64,000 nucleotides of DNA from Candidatus Zhuqueibacterota bacterium (lineage in GTDB: Bacteria; Zhuqueibacterota; Zhuqueibacteria; Thermofontimicrobiales; Thermofontimicrobiaceae). Made by a program: the position numbers and the translations under genes. The notes under the pieces were generated by a model, which was not told the DNA's origin, ran no database searches, and was given only the letters and a program-made list of their open reading frames with translations. Below are positions 21,366-30,978 of the stretch, piece by piece (position 1 is the first letter of the stretch; every line of letters begins with the position of its first letter). Location of the stretch: positions 31,774-95,773 of the forward strand of contig JBMOPW010000019.1 of NCBI GenBank assembly GCA_049322915.1. Reading direction: 5' to 3'.

Positions 21366-23981
21366 ATGAAGAAATATTTTCAACTAGTAATTTTAATTTG
21401 TTCATGGATCATTGTCACACAGAGCCACGCGCGGGATATCTCGTTCGTGTCCAGTCCGGCCGATACGCTCGACCATCGGGAATACGTCTGGCAGTCGGGG
21501 AATTCATCCCGTCCCATTATTCCGCTGGATGGCGTCTGGGAATATCGCATCCGCGAAAAAGACCCGTGGAAAAATGTGGTCTTGCCGGCGCATACCGATT
21601 ATTTGGGAGAGATCACCTTCAGAAAAAGTTTTGTGCCTGACTCTGTATTCACTGCGCATTATTTCCGTCTTGTCTGTTATGGGATCAACCATTACAGCAT
21701 GATTTTCATCAACAATAAATTTATCAGCAGTCACTCCAGCGGCTATAATTCATTCTATTTGAATATTGCCGAGAACGTCATTAAAGTCAACCAGAAAAAT
21801 GTCATCGAAATAAAAGTGGACACCCGTCTCGATGCGCGTAAGACCATTCCCCAGAAATTTCAGATGGATGGCGTGAAGGCAACCCAGGGCGTGTTTCGTT
21901 CGCTCTATTTTCTGGCGCTGCCGGAATTTTCCATCGAAAAAGCATCTGTCATGTCCCGGCTTTCTCATGATTACGGGGAATGTGATATTGATTTATCCCT
22001 CGAATTGAAGGACCGAATCGACAATGCCATCGCGCCGGACATCCCCCGGACAGGCAAAAGCGGATTGGAATGCCAGTTAGAATTACTGGAGCAGAACAAT
22101 CCTGTTCCGGTCGTCGTCCAGACCGCCAAAATTCCATTTGAAAATTATCAACTGACCCGAACCGTTGAGGCCAGCCTGAAATTGAAGCAGCCCCGATTGT
22201 GGAGCCCGGAAGCGCCTCATTTGTACGCATTGAAGATTCAGCTATTGAACGACAAACAAGTTTTGGATGAGTCGATGCACACGTTCGGCGTCAGGGATTT
22301 GCAACTGGCCGGCGGCAATATCGCGCTGAATGGCCAGCGCATCGTTTTGAAAGGCATCAACTGGTACGAGGATTATGCAACAGCAGGCGCGCTGCTGGAC
22401 CGACACCAGCTTTATGCAGCGCTGTCGGCGATGAAGCACCTCAACGCCAACGCGGTGCGGGTTGTGAACCATCCCCCCCATCCCATGTTCACAGCGCTGT
22501 GCGACAGCCTGGGATTGATAGTTTTGCAGGATATTCCGGTGCAGTGGGTGCCGCCTCAAATTCTGGATACAGATCTGTTCAGAAAACACAGCATCGACTA
22601 TCTGAATGAAATCATCGCTCGCGACGGTGATCATGTGTCTGTGCTCGGCTGGGGTTTCGGCGGAGGATTTTACGGAGTCGACCCGCATTACGCAAACTAC
22701 ATCAGCAAAGTGCTGGAAGAGACGCAGAGCAATCATCTGTTTTATCTCTGGAATACGCCTTCCAACCTCCCGCCGGTCGCCGATACCTCGCTCATCCACG
22801 GGCTCTCGGTGTTTGGCTTGAAACGGAAAAAGATCGAACAGGCCATTCCTGTCTGGCTGCGCCAGAATCGGAATGAGATCAATCTCGTTTTGTCCTACGG
22901 CGCTCCCAAGCTTGCCACGCCATTCTCCGGCAATGACAATGTGCTCTATGAAGAGTACCAGGTCTTGCAGCTTGTAGAAGCCTGGCAAACCATCAACAGT
23001 CACCCGGAAATCGATGGTTATTTTCTCAGTTCCCTGTCCGATTATTACGGCAATTATCCATCCGGGAACTATGGGCCGAGTGGGGACTTTTTTGTACGTC
23101 CCACCGGTCTCACGGATTTAGCTCAGAAAACCAGAATTGCCTATGAGACAATTCGCTCGCTCTATCAGGAAGGGAAGTGTCGCTACAATCCGGGAGTTGA
23201 AATTAAAACCGATTCGCCCGGCATTTTTCCCATCGTGGGCATTCTGGTGCTATTGATACTTCTTTTTATGATCAACACGCGGCGATATTTCAGAGAGAAT
23301 TTCAAGCGGATTTTCATCCATCCCCACGGTTTTTATGTGGACATGAGAGACGGAAGAAAGATACCGCCAACGCACACGTTATTTATGGCCCTGTTCGTGG
23401 CCACAGGTTCCGGGATGGTGCTCTCATCCATGCTTTACTTTTTCAACGCGCACCCTCACATCGACCATTTGCTCACCCTGATTGCACCGGGCATCGGAAC
23501 CAAGACGAGCCTTTCCGAGTTGAGCTGGCAACCGGGCTGGGCCACATTCGTCTTTGCCCTGCTCACGCTCGCATCGTTTTTAGTGCTATCTTTGATCATT
23601 AAACTCACTGCCATCATCATCGGTAAGAGATTCCCGCTCAGTCAGGCATTAACCCTGCCGATCTGGGTCAGCGCTCATTATCTGATCTGCGTCATCCTGG
23701 GAATGATCCTGTTCCGTGTATTCCAGATAGACGGGTTCATCGCGCCCATTTTCCTGATCATCGCGGCCTTGCACGCCTGGTTCATTTTCAGGTTGATCCG
23801 CGCCATTCGGGTGATTTACACATGGTCGTTCATCCGATCGCTTCTATTTCTCATTTTCGTCTTTGGGATCATTTTCGTAAGCGCCTATTATTACTATCAG
23901 CATCATTCTGCGCTGTGGGATTATGTGAATTATTACTATCAACTTTATGGCAACACGGTTCTGAGTACCTTTGTAATGTGA
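21366..23981 (+). CDS. GH2-like glycoside hydrolase fold with C-terminal multi-TM domain (probably inactive)
   Basis: LDGVW, PRLWSPEAPHLY, FGVR, LNGQRIVLKGIN, NAVR; catalytic NE and E(Y/F)G motifs absent. Confidence 0.75.
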   Translation: MKKYFQLVILICSWIIVTQSHARDISFVSSPADTLDHREYVWQSGNSSRPIIPLDGVWEYRIREKDPWKNVVLPAHTDYLGEITFRKSFVPDSVFTAHYFRLVCYGINHYSMIFINNKFISSHSSGYNSFYLNIAENVIKVNQKNVIEIKVDTRLDARKTIPQKFQMDGVKATQGVFRSLYFLALPEFSIEKASVMSRLSHDYGECDIDLSLELKDRIDNAIAPDIPRTGKSGLECQLELLEQNNPVPVVVQTAKIPFENYQLTRTVEASLKLKQPRLWSPEAPHLYALKIQLLNDKQVLDESMHTFGVRDLQLAGGNIALNGQRIVLKGINWYEDYATAGALLDRHQLYAALSAMKHLNANAVRVVNHPPHPMFTALCDSLGLIVLQDIPVQWVPPQILDTDLFRKHSIDYLNEIIARDGDHVSVLGWGFGGGFYGVDPHYANYISKVLEETQSNHLFYLWNTPSNLPPVADTSLIHGLSVFGLKRKKIEQAIPVWLRQNRNEINLVLSYGAPKLATPFSGNDNVLYEEYQVLQLVEAWQTINSHPEIDGYFLSSLSDYYGNYPSGNYGPSGDFFVRPTGLTDLAQKTRIAYETIRSLYQEGKCRYNPGVEIKTDSPGIFPIVGILVLLILLFMINTRRYFRENFKRIFIHPHGFYVDMRDGRKIPPTHTLFMALFVATGSGMVLSSMLYFFNAHPHIDHLLTLIAPGIGTKTSLSELSWQPGWATFVFALLTLASFLVLSLIIKLTAIIIGKRFPLSQALTLPIWVSAHYLICVILGMILFRVFQIDGFIAPIFLIIAALHAWFIFRLIRAIRVIYTWSFIRSLLFLIFVFGIIFVSAYYYYQHHSALWDYVNYYYQLYGNTVLSTFVM

Positions 23982-24061
23982 TTTGAAACTTTAAAGTTGA
24001 ATTCGAGTTAATGAAAATAGCTCATTAATTTCCACATTGGATAACTATTTTCACAAATGCC

Positions 24062-25897
24062 ATGAGTCTAACAAAACACGTGTTACCCACTCTCACTCTG
24101 ATGATGTTGTTAGTTTTCATATCTCACAAAGAGTCCTGTTCTGCCGGAGTGGATTCTTTGCGGAATCCTCAGAACCCGGTACAGGAATTGGAGAAACGCG
24201 TTCTCGAATTTGAGCGCACCTTTTACGCGTCGTGTTTGCTGGACTCAGCGCAGTTGCATTATGGGAAAACTCTGTTCGATAGTCTGATTCATCGCTACCT
24301 CACTGTTCATTCTCAAGTTCCGAAGCGATCCTTTGACCGAATTGCTTTCACCTATCTGGAGAAATGGAAAAGTCTGAGAACATTTCATCAGTTTTCAACC
24401 GCTACGTTCAGCGACAGTGAAAGGATCGGGTTCAGCAAGATTTTTATAGATAACTATGACCGGCTGCAAAAACACTATAAGCAGCATTTCCCAAAAGACG
24501 CTGCAAATGAGGGAAATAGCACTCAACTCGAAAATTACGAACCAGACTTTCCCAATGATGTTTCAGCGTTCAATCAAAACCTGTTGTTATTCCTGACGCT
24601 GCAACAACCCATCACGGTCAGCTTTCTGCAGCAAAGTTTTCTGAACGAGCACGAGGCGCTGTTAGACTACTGGATTTACAACGATGAATTCTATGTTTTC
24701 ATCGTGACGGCTGATTCGTTTTTATCGATGCACTGGGAAGTACCGGTTCAGGAAGTGGGTGCGGATGCCGGCCAGTTGATCGCTGCTTTAACCAAATCCA
24801 AAAATCTGCTGGAGCTTGAATTCGATTATGCGCTTGCTCACCGATTGTATCACGCATTGTTCGAACCCATTCAGCCGTACATCCAGCAATATGAAGTGAT
24901 CCTGCTGATCCCGGACGGTTTCCTGACAGGTTTCCCGTTTGAAACGCTGATAACCGATACCACGATCACCAGGAAAATCGACAGGAACATTTACTACCAT
25001 TGCTATAGCAAATTCCATTACCTGTTGAATCGTTACGCATTCTGTTATAACTCATCAGCGGCAGAAATGCTTCCGGTTCCGTCGCATCAATTTTCGCCCT
25101 CTAAAAAAAGTCGTCGCCTCCTCACCATGAGCGAGCCAGTCCTGTGGGACTCCATACCTGAAGCAATGAGTCTTGACTTTAAAGAAAAATTGGCCCAATC
25201 GACTGATCACACCTCTGAGGAAATTAAGCGTCTTTCGCGTTTGCTCTGGCATCACGACAACCTGAAGATGGAGCAGACAACCCGCGATGAATTTTTGAAA
25301 ATTGGCAATGACTATCTGTGGCTGTACATTGCCCTGCCCGGCTTGCTGGACAATCAAGCGCCGATGAATTCGGGGATACTCTTTTCCCGGCACTCTGTTC
25401 ATGATTCCAACTGGTGTTCAGCCCGGGAAATGACTGGATCCTTTTTAACTTCAGATATGCTGACCCTGAGTCACAGCGCTGTTTTTCCGACGTATGGAAT
25501 CGAAAATCCCGGGCTGCTGACTTTGCCCCAATCCTTCCTATTCGCCGGAGTGAAGTCAGTGGCGTTCAGCCTGTGGGAAGTGAACAGCTTTTCAACCAGT
25601 CAGTTCATGTCCAAGTTTTACTGGGAGTTGAAATATAAACGTCAGACAAATGTCCGGGCGCTGCGCGAGGCAAAAATCGCGTCTATGAAAGATGTATTCG
25701 AATTCTCCGATAAACACATTTCCAGGGCGCACCCCTATTTCTGGGCCGGATTTGAGCTAATTGGCAATCCGAAAATCAGACCGCCTTCGACAACCAAAGT
25801 GCCCTACTGGGCAGTGATTATTGCAGTGTACGTCATCGTCATCGTTTCGGCCCTCATCATCACGCGGCGAACAGTCCCCGCGCGAAATGAATCATGA
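24062..25897 (+). CDS. CHAT-domain (caspase-like) protein, degenerate catalytic dyad, C-terminal TM
   Basis: LIPDGFL..FPFETL, AGVKSV..SLWEV, HPYFWAGF. Confidence 0.75.
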   Translation: MSLTKHVLPTLTLMMLLVFISHKESCSAGVDSLRNPQNPVQELEKRVLEFERTFYASCLLDSAQLHYGKTLFDSLIHRYLTVHSQVPKRSFDRIAFTYLEKWKSLRTFHQFSTATFSDSERIGFSKIFIDNYDRLQKHYKQHFPKDAANEGNSTQLENYEPDFPNDVSAFNQNLLLFLTLQQPITVSFLQQSFLNEHEALLDYWIYNDEFYVFIVTADSFLSMHWEVPVQEVGADAGQLIAALTKSKNLLELEFDYALAHRLYHALFEPIQPYIQQYEVILLIPDGFLTGFPFETLITDTTITRKIDRNIYYHCYSKFHYLLNRYAFCYNSSAAEMLPVPSHQFSPSKKSRRLLTMSEPVLWDSIPEAMSLDFKEKLAQSTDHTSEEIKRLSRLLWHHDNLKMEQTTRDEFLKIGNDYLWLYIALPGLLDNQAPMNSGILFSRHSVHDSNWCSAREMTGSFLTSDMLTLSHSAVFPTYGIENPGLLTLPQSFLFAGVKSVAFSLWEVNSFSTSQFMSKFYWELKYKRQTNVRALREAKIASMKDVFEFSDKHISRAHPYFWAGFELIGNPKIRPPSTTKVPYWAVIIAVYVIVIVSALIITRRTVPARNES

Positions 25898-26100
25898 TCC
25901 ACCCGCTCGATCATGGTGAGAATGGATGCCAGGCCATCTGGCCGGCACCGATGCAATCCATGATCGCAACAGCGTGTCATCATCTTCGCGGTGCACTCTT
26001 TTTTCCATCCGGCGAGAAATGTCTTTTGGCGACCGGCTCCCCTTGATTTTTTCATTCTGAGGTCACAATCCAGTCTATCGGACTGAGCGGAATCTTATTT

Positions 26101-26541
26101 ATGAAAACGATGCACAACGACGTACAGACTGTCCCCCACTACGATGTCGCTGCTGGTCTCATTGTTCGTGACAGTCGAATTCTCATCGCGCAACGGATGA
26201 AACATGATGCCTTCGGCGGAAAGTGGGAATTTCCCGGCGGGAAAAAAAAGCTGAATGAGACACTGGAGCAGTGTCTGGTTCGGGAAATTCTGGAGGAATT
26301 GAATTTTCATATTCAAGTCGATCGCTTTCTTTTCAGCCTGACTCACACGTACAACCACCTGCACATCACGCTGCATCTTTTTCTCTGTTCGATAGAGAGC
26401 GGTCAGCCGCAACCGAAGCAGGTGCAAAACTTCCGCTGGATCGCATTCGAAGAATTGGACAGATATCATTTCACCCTGGCCGACCAGGTGGCGATCGCTC
26501 AATTATCCGATCTATTGAAAACCGGGCAGGTAGTGCTTTAG
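26101..26541 (+). CDS. mutT: MutT-like NUDIX hydrolase
   Basis: WEFPGGK...E..EQCLVREILEEL Nudix box. Confidence 0.8.
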   Translation: MKTMHNDVQTVPHYDVAAGLIVRDSRILIAQRMKHDAFGGKWEFPGGKKKLNETLEQCLVREILEELNFHIQVDRFLFSLTHTYNHLHITLHLFLCSIESGQPQPKQVQNFRWIAFEELDRYHFTLADQVAIAQLSDLLKTGQVVL

Positions 26542-26644
26542 TATCTGACAAATAATTTTCTGGCTTTTTTGGGCAGAAAATTTTAATACTTTTTTTGTAA
26601 CTGCACAGCCATCAAGTCTCAAAGGCGCGAAGAAAAAAATACAT

Positions 26645-26811
26645 CTAACCTGAATTATTCATGAACTTGCTCAGAATTTGAGTCAACATTCAGATTTTCA
26701 ATTAGCTAAAAGCTAAGCTATTTTGTAACTCAGTTTTTATACGTTTATTCTAAAAAGAGCACCATTCAGGTTAGCCAGCCTTCTTTAAAAATACTATGAA
26801 TAATGCAGGCT
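26645..26811. mobile_element. ~167-bp MITE-like element, copy 1
   Basis: Imperfect TIRs aacctgaattattcat / atgaataatgcaggct; near-identical inverted copy at 62628-62794. Confidence 0.75.
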
Positions 26812-26927
26812 GAATTATCGATTCAGAAAAGATGAACGTGGTTTAAAAAAATGAATTGCCCAAAATACGAACGAATAAAATGACATCTTCGTGCAACGTT
26901 GTAGCTTCGTGATTTCGCGGCAAGACG

Positions 26928-26988
26928 ACATGCCTGAATAGCGACGAAAATACATTTTAACCCTGAACCGGGAACCTGAGTAGATACC
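26928..26988. repeat. Dispersed intergenic repeat (ctgaatagcgacgaaaat...ggaacctgag.ag.tacc)
   Basis: Related copy at 46325-46400. Confidence 0.6.
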
Positions 26989-27169
26989 TTTTTTTAATAG
27001 AACACGGATAATCCACCAAACAAACGGCGGACGTACCGCACTGATGACACAGATTTACCCATATAAAGAATCCGCGAAGATCAGCGTCATCCGCGTCATC
27101 AGCGTTCTATTTCTTTTTTGGTTCAGGCTCGTCCTGGTTGGGTTCCCGAAACTGAATGACCATTGATCT

Positions 27170-29350
27170 ATGAAAAATTTTCACCTGACATTAAATGGAA
27201 ATGTGCTGCTATTTTTCCTCGTGCTGATCCTGCTCGTCTGGATGAGTTATCGATTTACCAGAAAAACCAATACACCGGTTCCGACCTGGTTGAAAAATAT
27301 GTTGACTGTTCTCCGCGCTGTCTCCATCTTCCTGATTTTGTTCATTCTATTCGAGCCTGTCCTGCGCATTTCATGGAACCAATCAGAGCCGCCCGAACTC
27401 GCTGTTGTAATTGATAATTCCGCGAGCATGGTGCTCACTGATGATGGCGTCCAGCGGGCTGACGCAGTGAAATCGGTCATCCAAAATCTGCGTGAACACC
27501 ACGCCTTAGAAGAGGCAATTTTTCGATATTATCACTTTGCCAATGAACTGGAAAAATTAGGTGCCGATGCGGTGGATTCGCTGAAATTCGATAACGACGG
27601 CACAGACATTGGCCAGGCGCTCATTCAACTCAAGAGTGAAAACGCCGATCGCTATCTCGCCGGCGTTCTGCTCCTCTCCGATGGAATTAACAATCTGGGA
27701 CAGAACCCTGTCCGCGTTGCCGAAGAATTCGGCGCCCCGATTTTCCCAATCGCCATCGGAAAAGATATGATTCAGAAAGATATCATTGTTTCCAAAATCA
27801 CCACCAACCAAATTACCTACGCCAACAACACCGTGCCGGTCGATGTCACTGTACAGGCGTTCGGTTTTAACGACAGGAAAATCCAGATCGACCTGAAGCA
27901 GGATGCCCGCACCATAGATTCCAGATTCGTGGATATTTCGGACAGCACCGTGGAAACACGGATTCGCCTGAACTTCTCTCCGCAGGAAACCGGACTGCAA
28001 AAATACCAGATTCAGGCGACGATTCTTGAAAATGAGTTGACGCCGGTGAACAATCAGAAATCATTTTACGTGAACGTGTTGAAAAGCAAAATGAAAATTC
28101 TGGTGCTGGCCGGTGGTCCGGATCCGGATTTCTCGTTTCTCAAACGGCTGATTGACGCTGATCCCAACCTCGAGGCCAACTACTATGTGTTAAAAAATCA
28201 GCGCGAATTTTATCAGGGCGCATTCCCGGCCAGAGCCGAAGACGTGCTACTTTTCGACTGCATCTTGTTGCTGAATTTTCCGAAGAACAGCGCTAACGCC
28301 GATGTCATGAATAGCCTGAAAACTGCACTGGATAAAAAGCCCATCCCGGTGATGTTCATTGCCGGCAATGGTACATTTTATCGGGGACTGAATCCGATTT
28401 CTGACTATCTCCCGTTCGCGCCGACCAATCCGTCCGGGGCTGACGTGTTTGTATTGCCTCAGTTGACTCCCCGGGGAACGTCCCATCCCGTCACCCGAAT
28501 TGATGAGGAGACAATTCAAAATCAGCAGAAGTGGCAGGAGATGCCGCCGATTTATTTAGCGCAGCGCAACATTATTCCCCGGCCCGGCAGCGATATCCTG
28601 TTGCAGACAGATATCGAACAATCCATGCTCCGCAATGTCAACAAGCCGTTGCCCTTGTTAATCGCCATGAAAACGACAGCCCACAAATCGCTGGCCTTCC
28701 TCGGGCATGGCATCTGGCGATGGGATTTTCTCATGTGGGGCATTGGCAAAAACAACGAAATGTTCGCCCGATTGGTCAATAATAGCATTCGCTGGCTCAT
28801 CACCCGGGAAGATAGCAAACCAGTCCGTATTCGCCCGGACGAGGAGATTTATCGCAATGGGCAAAAAGTGACTTTCACCGGGGAGGTGTATTACGAGGAC
28901 TATCGCCCCCTCGACGGGGCTGAGCTGAAGCTGAAAGTTATCAGCGGGCAAAAAACGTTCGAAATCACACTGGCCGGCCAGGGCGATGGCAAGTATGAAG
29001 GGGCTTTACCCGCGCTTGAAGGCGGCGAGTACCGCTTCGAAGGCGCGGCAACGTTCCGCGGCAGAGACCTGGGCGCGGACTCCGGCCAATTCTCAGTGGA
29101 GAGCTTTAATCTGGAATTCCTGCAAACACGAATGAATCGACCGCTGCTTCAGCAAATTGCCGACCGTTCCGGGGGAGCCTACGTCACAGAAGAGAATCTC
29201 GCTGCGCTGGATTCGCTGCTGAACTTCCCGCCCCGATTTCATACTGAAACGCGCGAGTGGGAACTCTGGAACAAACTGCTGCTGCTGATCATCGTTGTCC
29301 TGTTGTTGAGCGTCGAATGGTTCATTCGGAAAAAAAATGGCATGTTGTAA
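27170..29350 (+). CDS. Membrane-anchored vWA-domain protein
   Basis: N-terminal TMs, DNSASM MIDAS, LLSDG, IWRW, C-terminal EWFIRKKNG. Confidence 0.8.
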   Translation: MKNFHLTLNGNVLLFFLVLILLVWMSYRFTRKTNTPVPTWLKNMLTVLRAVSIFLILFILFEPVLRISWNQSEPPELAVVIDNSASMVLTDDGVQRADAVKSVIQNLREHHALEEAIFRYYHFANELEKLGADAVDSLKFDNDGTDIGQALIQLKSENADRYLAGVLLLSDGINNLGQNPVRVAEEFGAPIFPIAIGKDMIQKDIIVSKITTNQITYANNTVPVDVTVQAFGFNDRKIQIDLKQDARTIDSRFVDISDSTVETRIRLNFSPQETGLQKYQIQATILENELTPVNNQKSFYVNVLKSKMKILVLAGGPDPDFSFLKRLIDADPNLEANYYVLKNQREFYQGAFPARAEDVLLFDCILLLNFPKNSANADVMNSLKTALDKKPIPVMFIAGNGTFYRGLNPISDYLPFAPTNPSGADVFVLPQLTPRGTSHPVTRIDEETIQNQQKWQEMPPIYLAQRNIIPRPGSDILLQTDIEQSMLRNVNKPLPLLIAMKTTAHKSLAFLGHGIWRWDFLMWGIGKNNEMFARLVNNSIRWLITREDSKPVRIRPDEEIYRNGQKVTFTGEVYYEDYRPLDGAELKLKVISGQKTFEITLAGQGDGKYEGALPALEGGEYRFEGAATFRGRDLGADSGQFSVESFNLEFLQTRMNRPLLQQIADRSGGAYVTEENLAALDSLLNFPPRFHTETREWELWNKLLLLIIVVLLLSVEWFIRKKNGML

Positions 29351-29455
29351 TCCCCGGCCTGAATGCTGATTTTGCTGCAGGGGTTGATTCGACGACGTCT
29401 TGCTAACATAGCGGAATGGCGGGCTGCATTCGATTGGATGGTACGGAAGGTATAA

Positions 29456-29484
29456 AAAAAATCCGTGTGTACCACGGATTTTTT
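29456..29484. terminator. Bidirectional intrinsic terminator
   Basis: aaaaaatccgtg / cacggatttttt between convergent genes. Confidence 0.65.
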
Positions 29485-29587
29485 GAGCCAATCAAAATTT
29501 ATACATCACGTCCCGGCCAGCGAGCCGAACAAAACCAGAGAGCTTTGTCCTCAACTCACCAGCAACAAGAGGTACCCCCGAATTTTT

Positions 29588-30928
29588 CTATTCAATGCGC
29601 ACTAACTGAAAATCGCCAATCCCGGATTTATCCTCGAAAACAAAAGTCCTGTCCAGGTTATCGTAGAACCAGATTTCATAAGGCGGCAGATTCAATTCAT
29701 CCAAATGCCGCTCGACATCAGTCGGTGGACCGTACTTGAGGTAAATATTGCCGCGGTCCGTTCTCCAGCCTTCTTTATCCAGAGCATTGACAGTGAAATA
29801 ATTATTCGTGAAATCGACGCGTCTGAAAAATTCCTCCTGCAATTCATTCTCCTCTGTCGACGGCGTGGGATCGCGTTGTTTCCAATATTGCCTGAACCAT
29901 TCCTCTTTGGTGCTATCTGACCCCTGCTCCAAAAACTTGATCTCTTTCTCCGGAATATACTCATTCAGGGCAAGGATAGCCGTATTGATGTTCAGTCGTG
30001 TGATTTCAAAATTACTCCAGTTGGCTGAAAACTTCGCTCGGGCTGTGGTTTGTTTCTCGCCGCTGCCGACCTGAACCATGATGCTGTATCGGCCCGGCAC
30101 TTTCACAAGAGAACTCAAATCGAGCAATACAGGAGCAATCCCGGTAGTGCCTGTAACCGATTTTTCCTCGCGAAAAATCGCCTGTTCAGCCACATCAAAA
30201 ATGGCGTAGGACACCTTGATTTCATCATCTCGCTGCTGAGAATAAATCTCAAAGTAGGCCCAGAAAGCGGATTTCGGATTTGTGAAATTACGATCCAGAT
30301 TTGGTACAATATCCACCGTGCGTTTCAGTGAATCTTCGCTCACCTTATCCGCAAAGATAATTTCGCTCATCGATACATGTTTGCCGTCAAAGCTCTTGAT
30401 ATCCATTTGCTTATCCCGGTGGAGACTTTTCTGGGTATCGTAGTCCGTCAGGTCGAGAGTGAGTTTATATTTCCCCGGGACCAATTCGAAACTCAGCCGA
30501 TGCTTATTATCCAGCACCTGCTTATTCGTCTCCTCGAATGTGGTCGCGTCGATTTTATCGCGCGCCGATAACTCGCGGATATGATTCCCTTTTTCATCAA
30601 ATATGCTCACGAACAAATCGTAACTGGCAGAGTAACTTCCCTGCCGTTCTTTGACAAACTGAAGAATGTCATTGGCAAAGGACACGTACACATCCACCCG
30701 GCACGAGCTGCTGTCTTCGCGGGACATGAAAACATAGGTATTGTATAAAAATAGCGGCGGTCCGAACAATTGTTTCGACTTGCCCCGCATGGGATTTTCC
30801 TGCTCTATTTGTCCCCAACTCGCGTGATGAACGGCCAGGAAGCAGACCATGAAAAATACAATGAGCATTCTTTGATTTTTTAACATAACATCATCCTTAA
30901 CCCTGTGAATCTTGTTCCGAATCGTCAT
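29588..30928 (-). CDS. GWxTD domain protein
   Basis: WKQRDPTP..ENE, GWRTDRG, YGPP, YEIWFY. Confidence 0.9.
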   Translation of the reverse strand: MTIRNKIHRVKDDVMLKNQRMLIVFFMVCFLAVHHASWGQIEQENPMRGKSKQLFGPPLFLYNTYVFMSREDSSSCRVDVYVSFANDILQFVKERQGSYSASYDLFVSIFDEKGNHIRELSARDKIDATTFEETNKQVLDNKHRLSFELVPGKYKLTLDLTDYDTQKSLHRDKQMDIKSFDGKHVSMSEIIFADKVSEDSLKRTVDIVPNLDRNFTNPKSAFWAYFEIYSQQRDDEIKVSYAIFDVAEQAIFREEKSVTGTTGIAPVLLDLSSLVKVPGRYSIMVQVGSGEKQTTARAKFSANWSNFEITRLNINTAILALNEYIPEKEIKFLEQGSDSTKEEWFRQYWKQRDPTPSTEENELQEEFFRRVDFTNNYFTVNALDKEGWRTDRGNIYLKYGPPTDVERHLDELNLPPYEIWFYDNLDRTFVFEDKSGIGDFQLVRIE

Positions 30929-30978
30929 GAGCTATTTCCCTGCTCAGTATGTGTTTCTTCTTCGTCGTAAAAAGCCGG

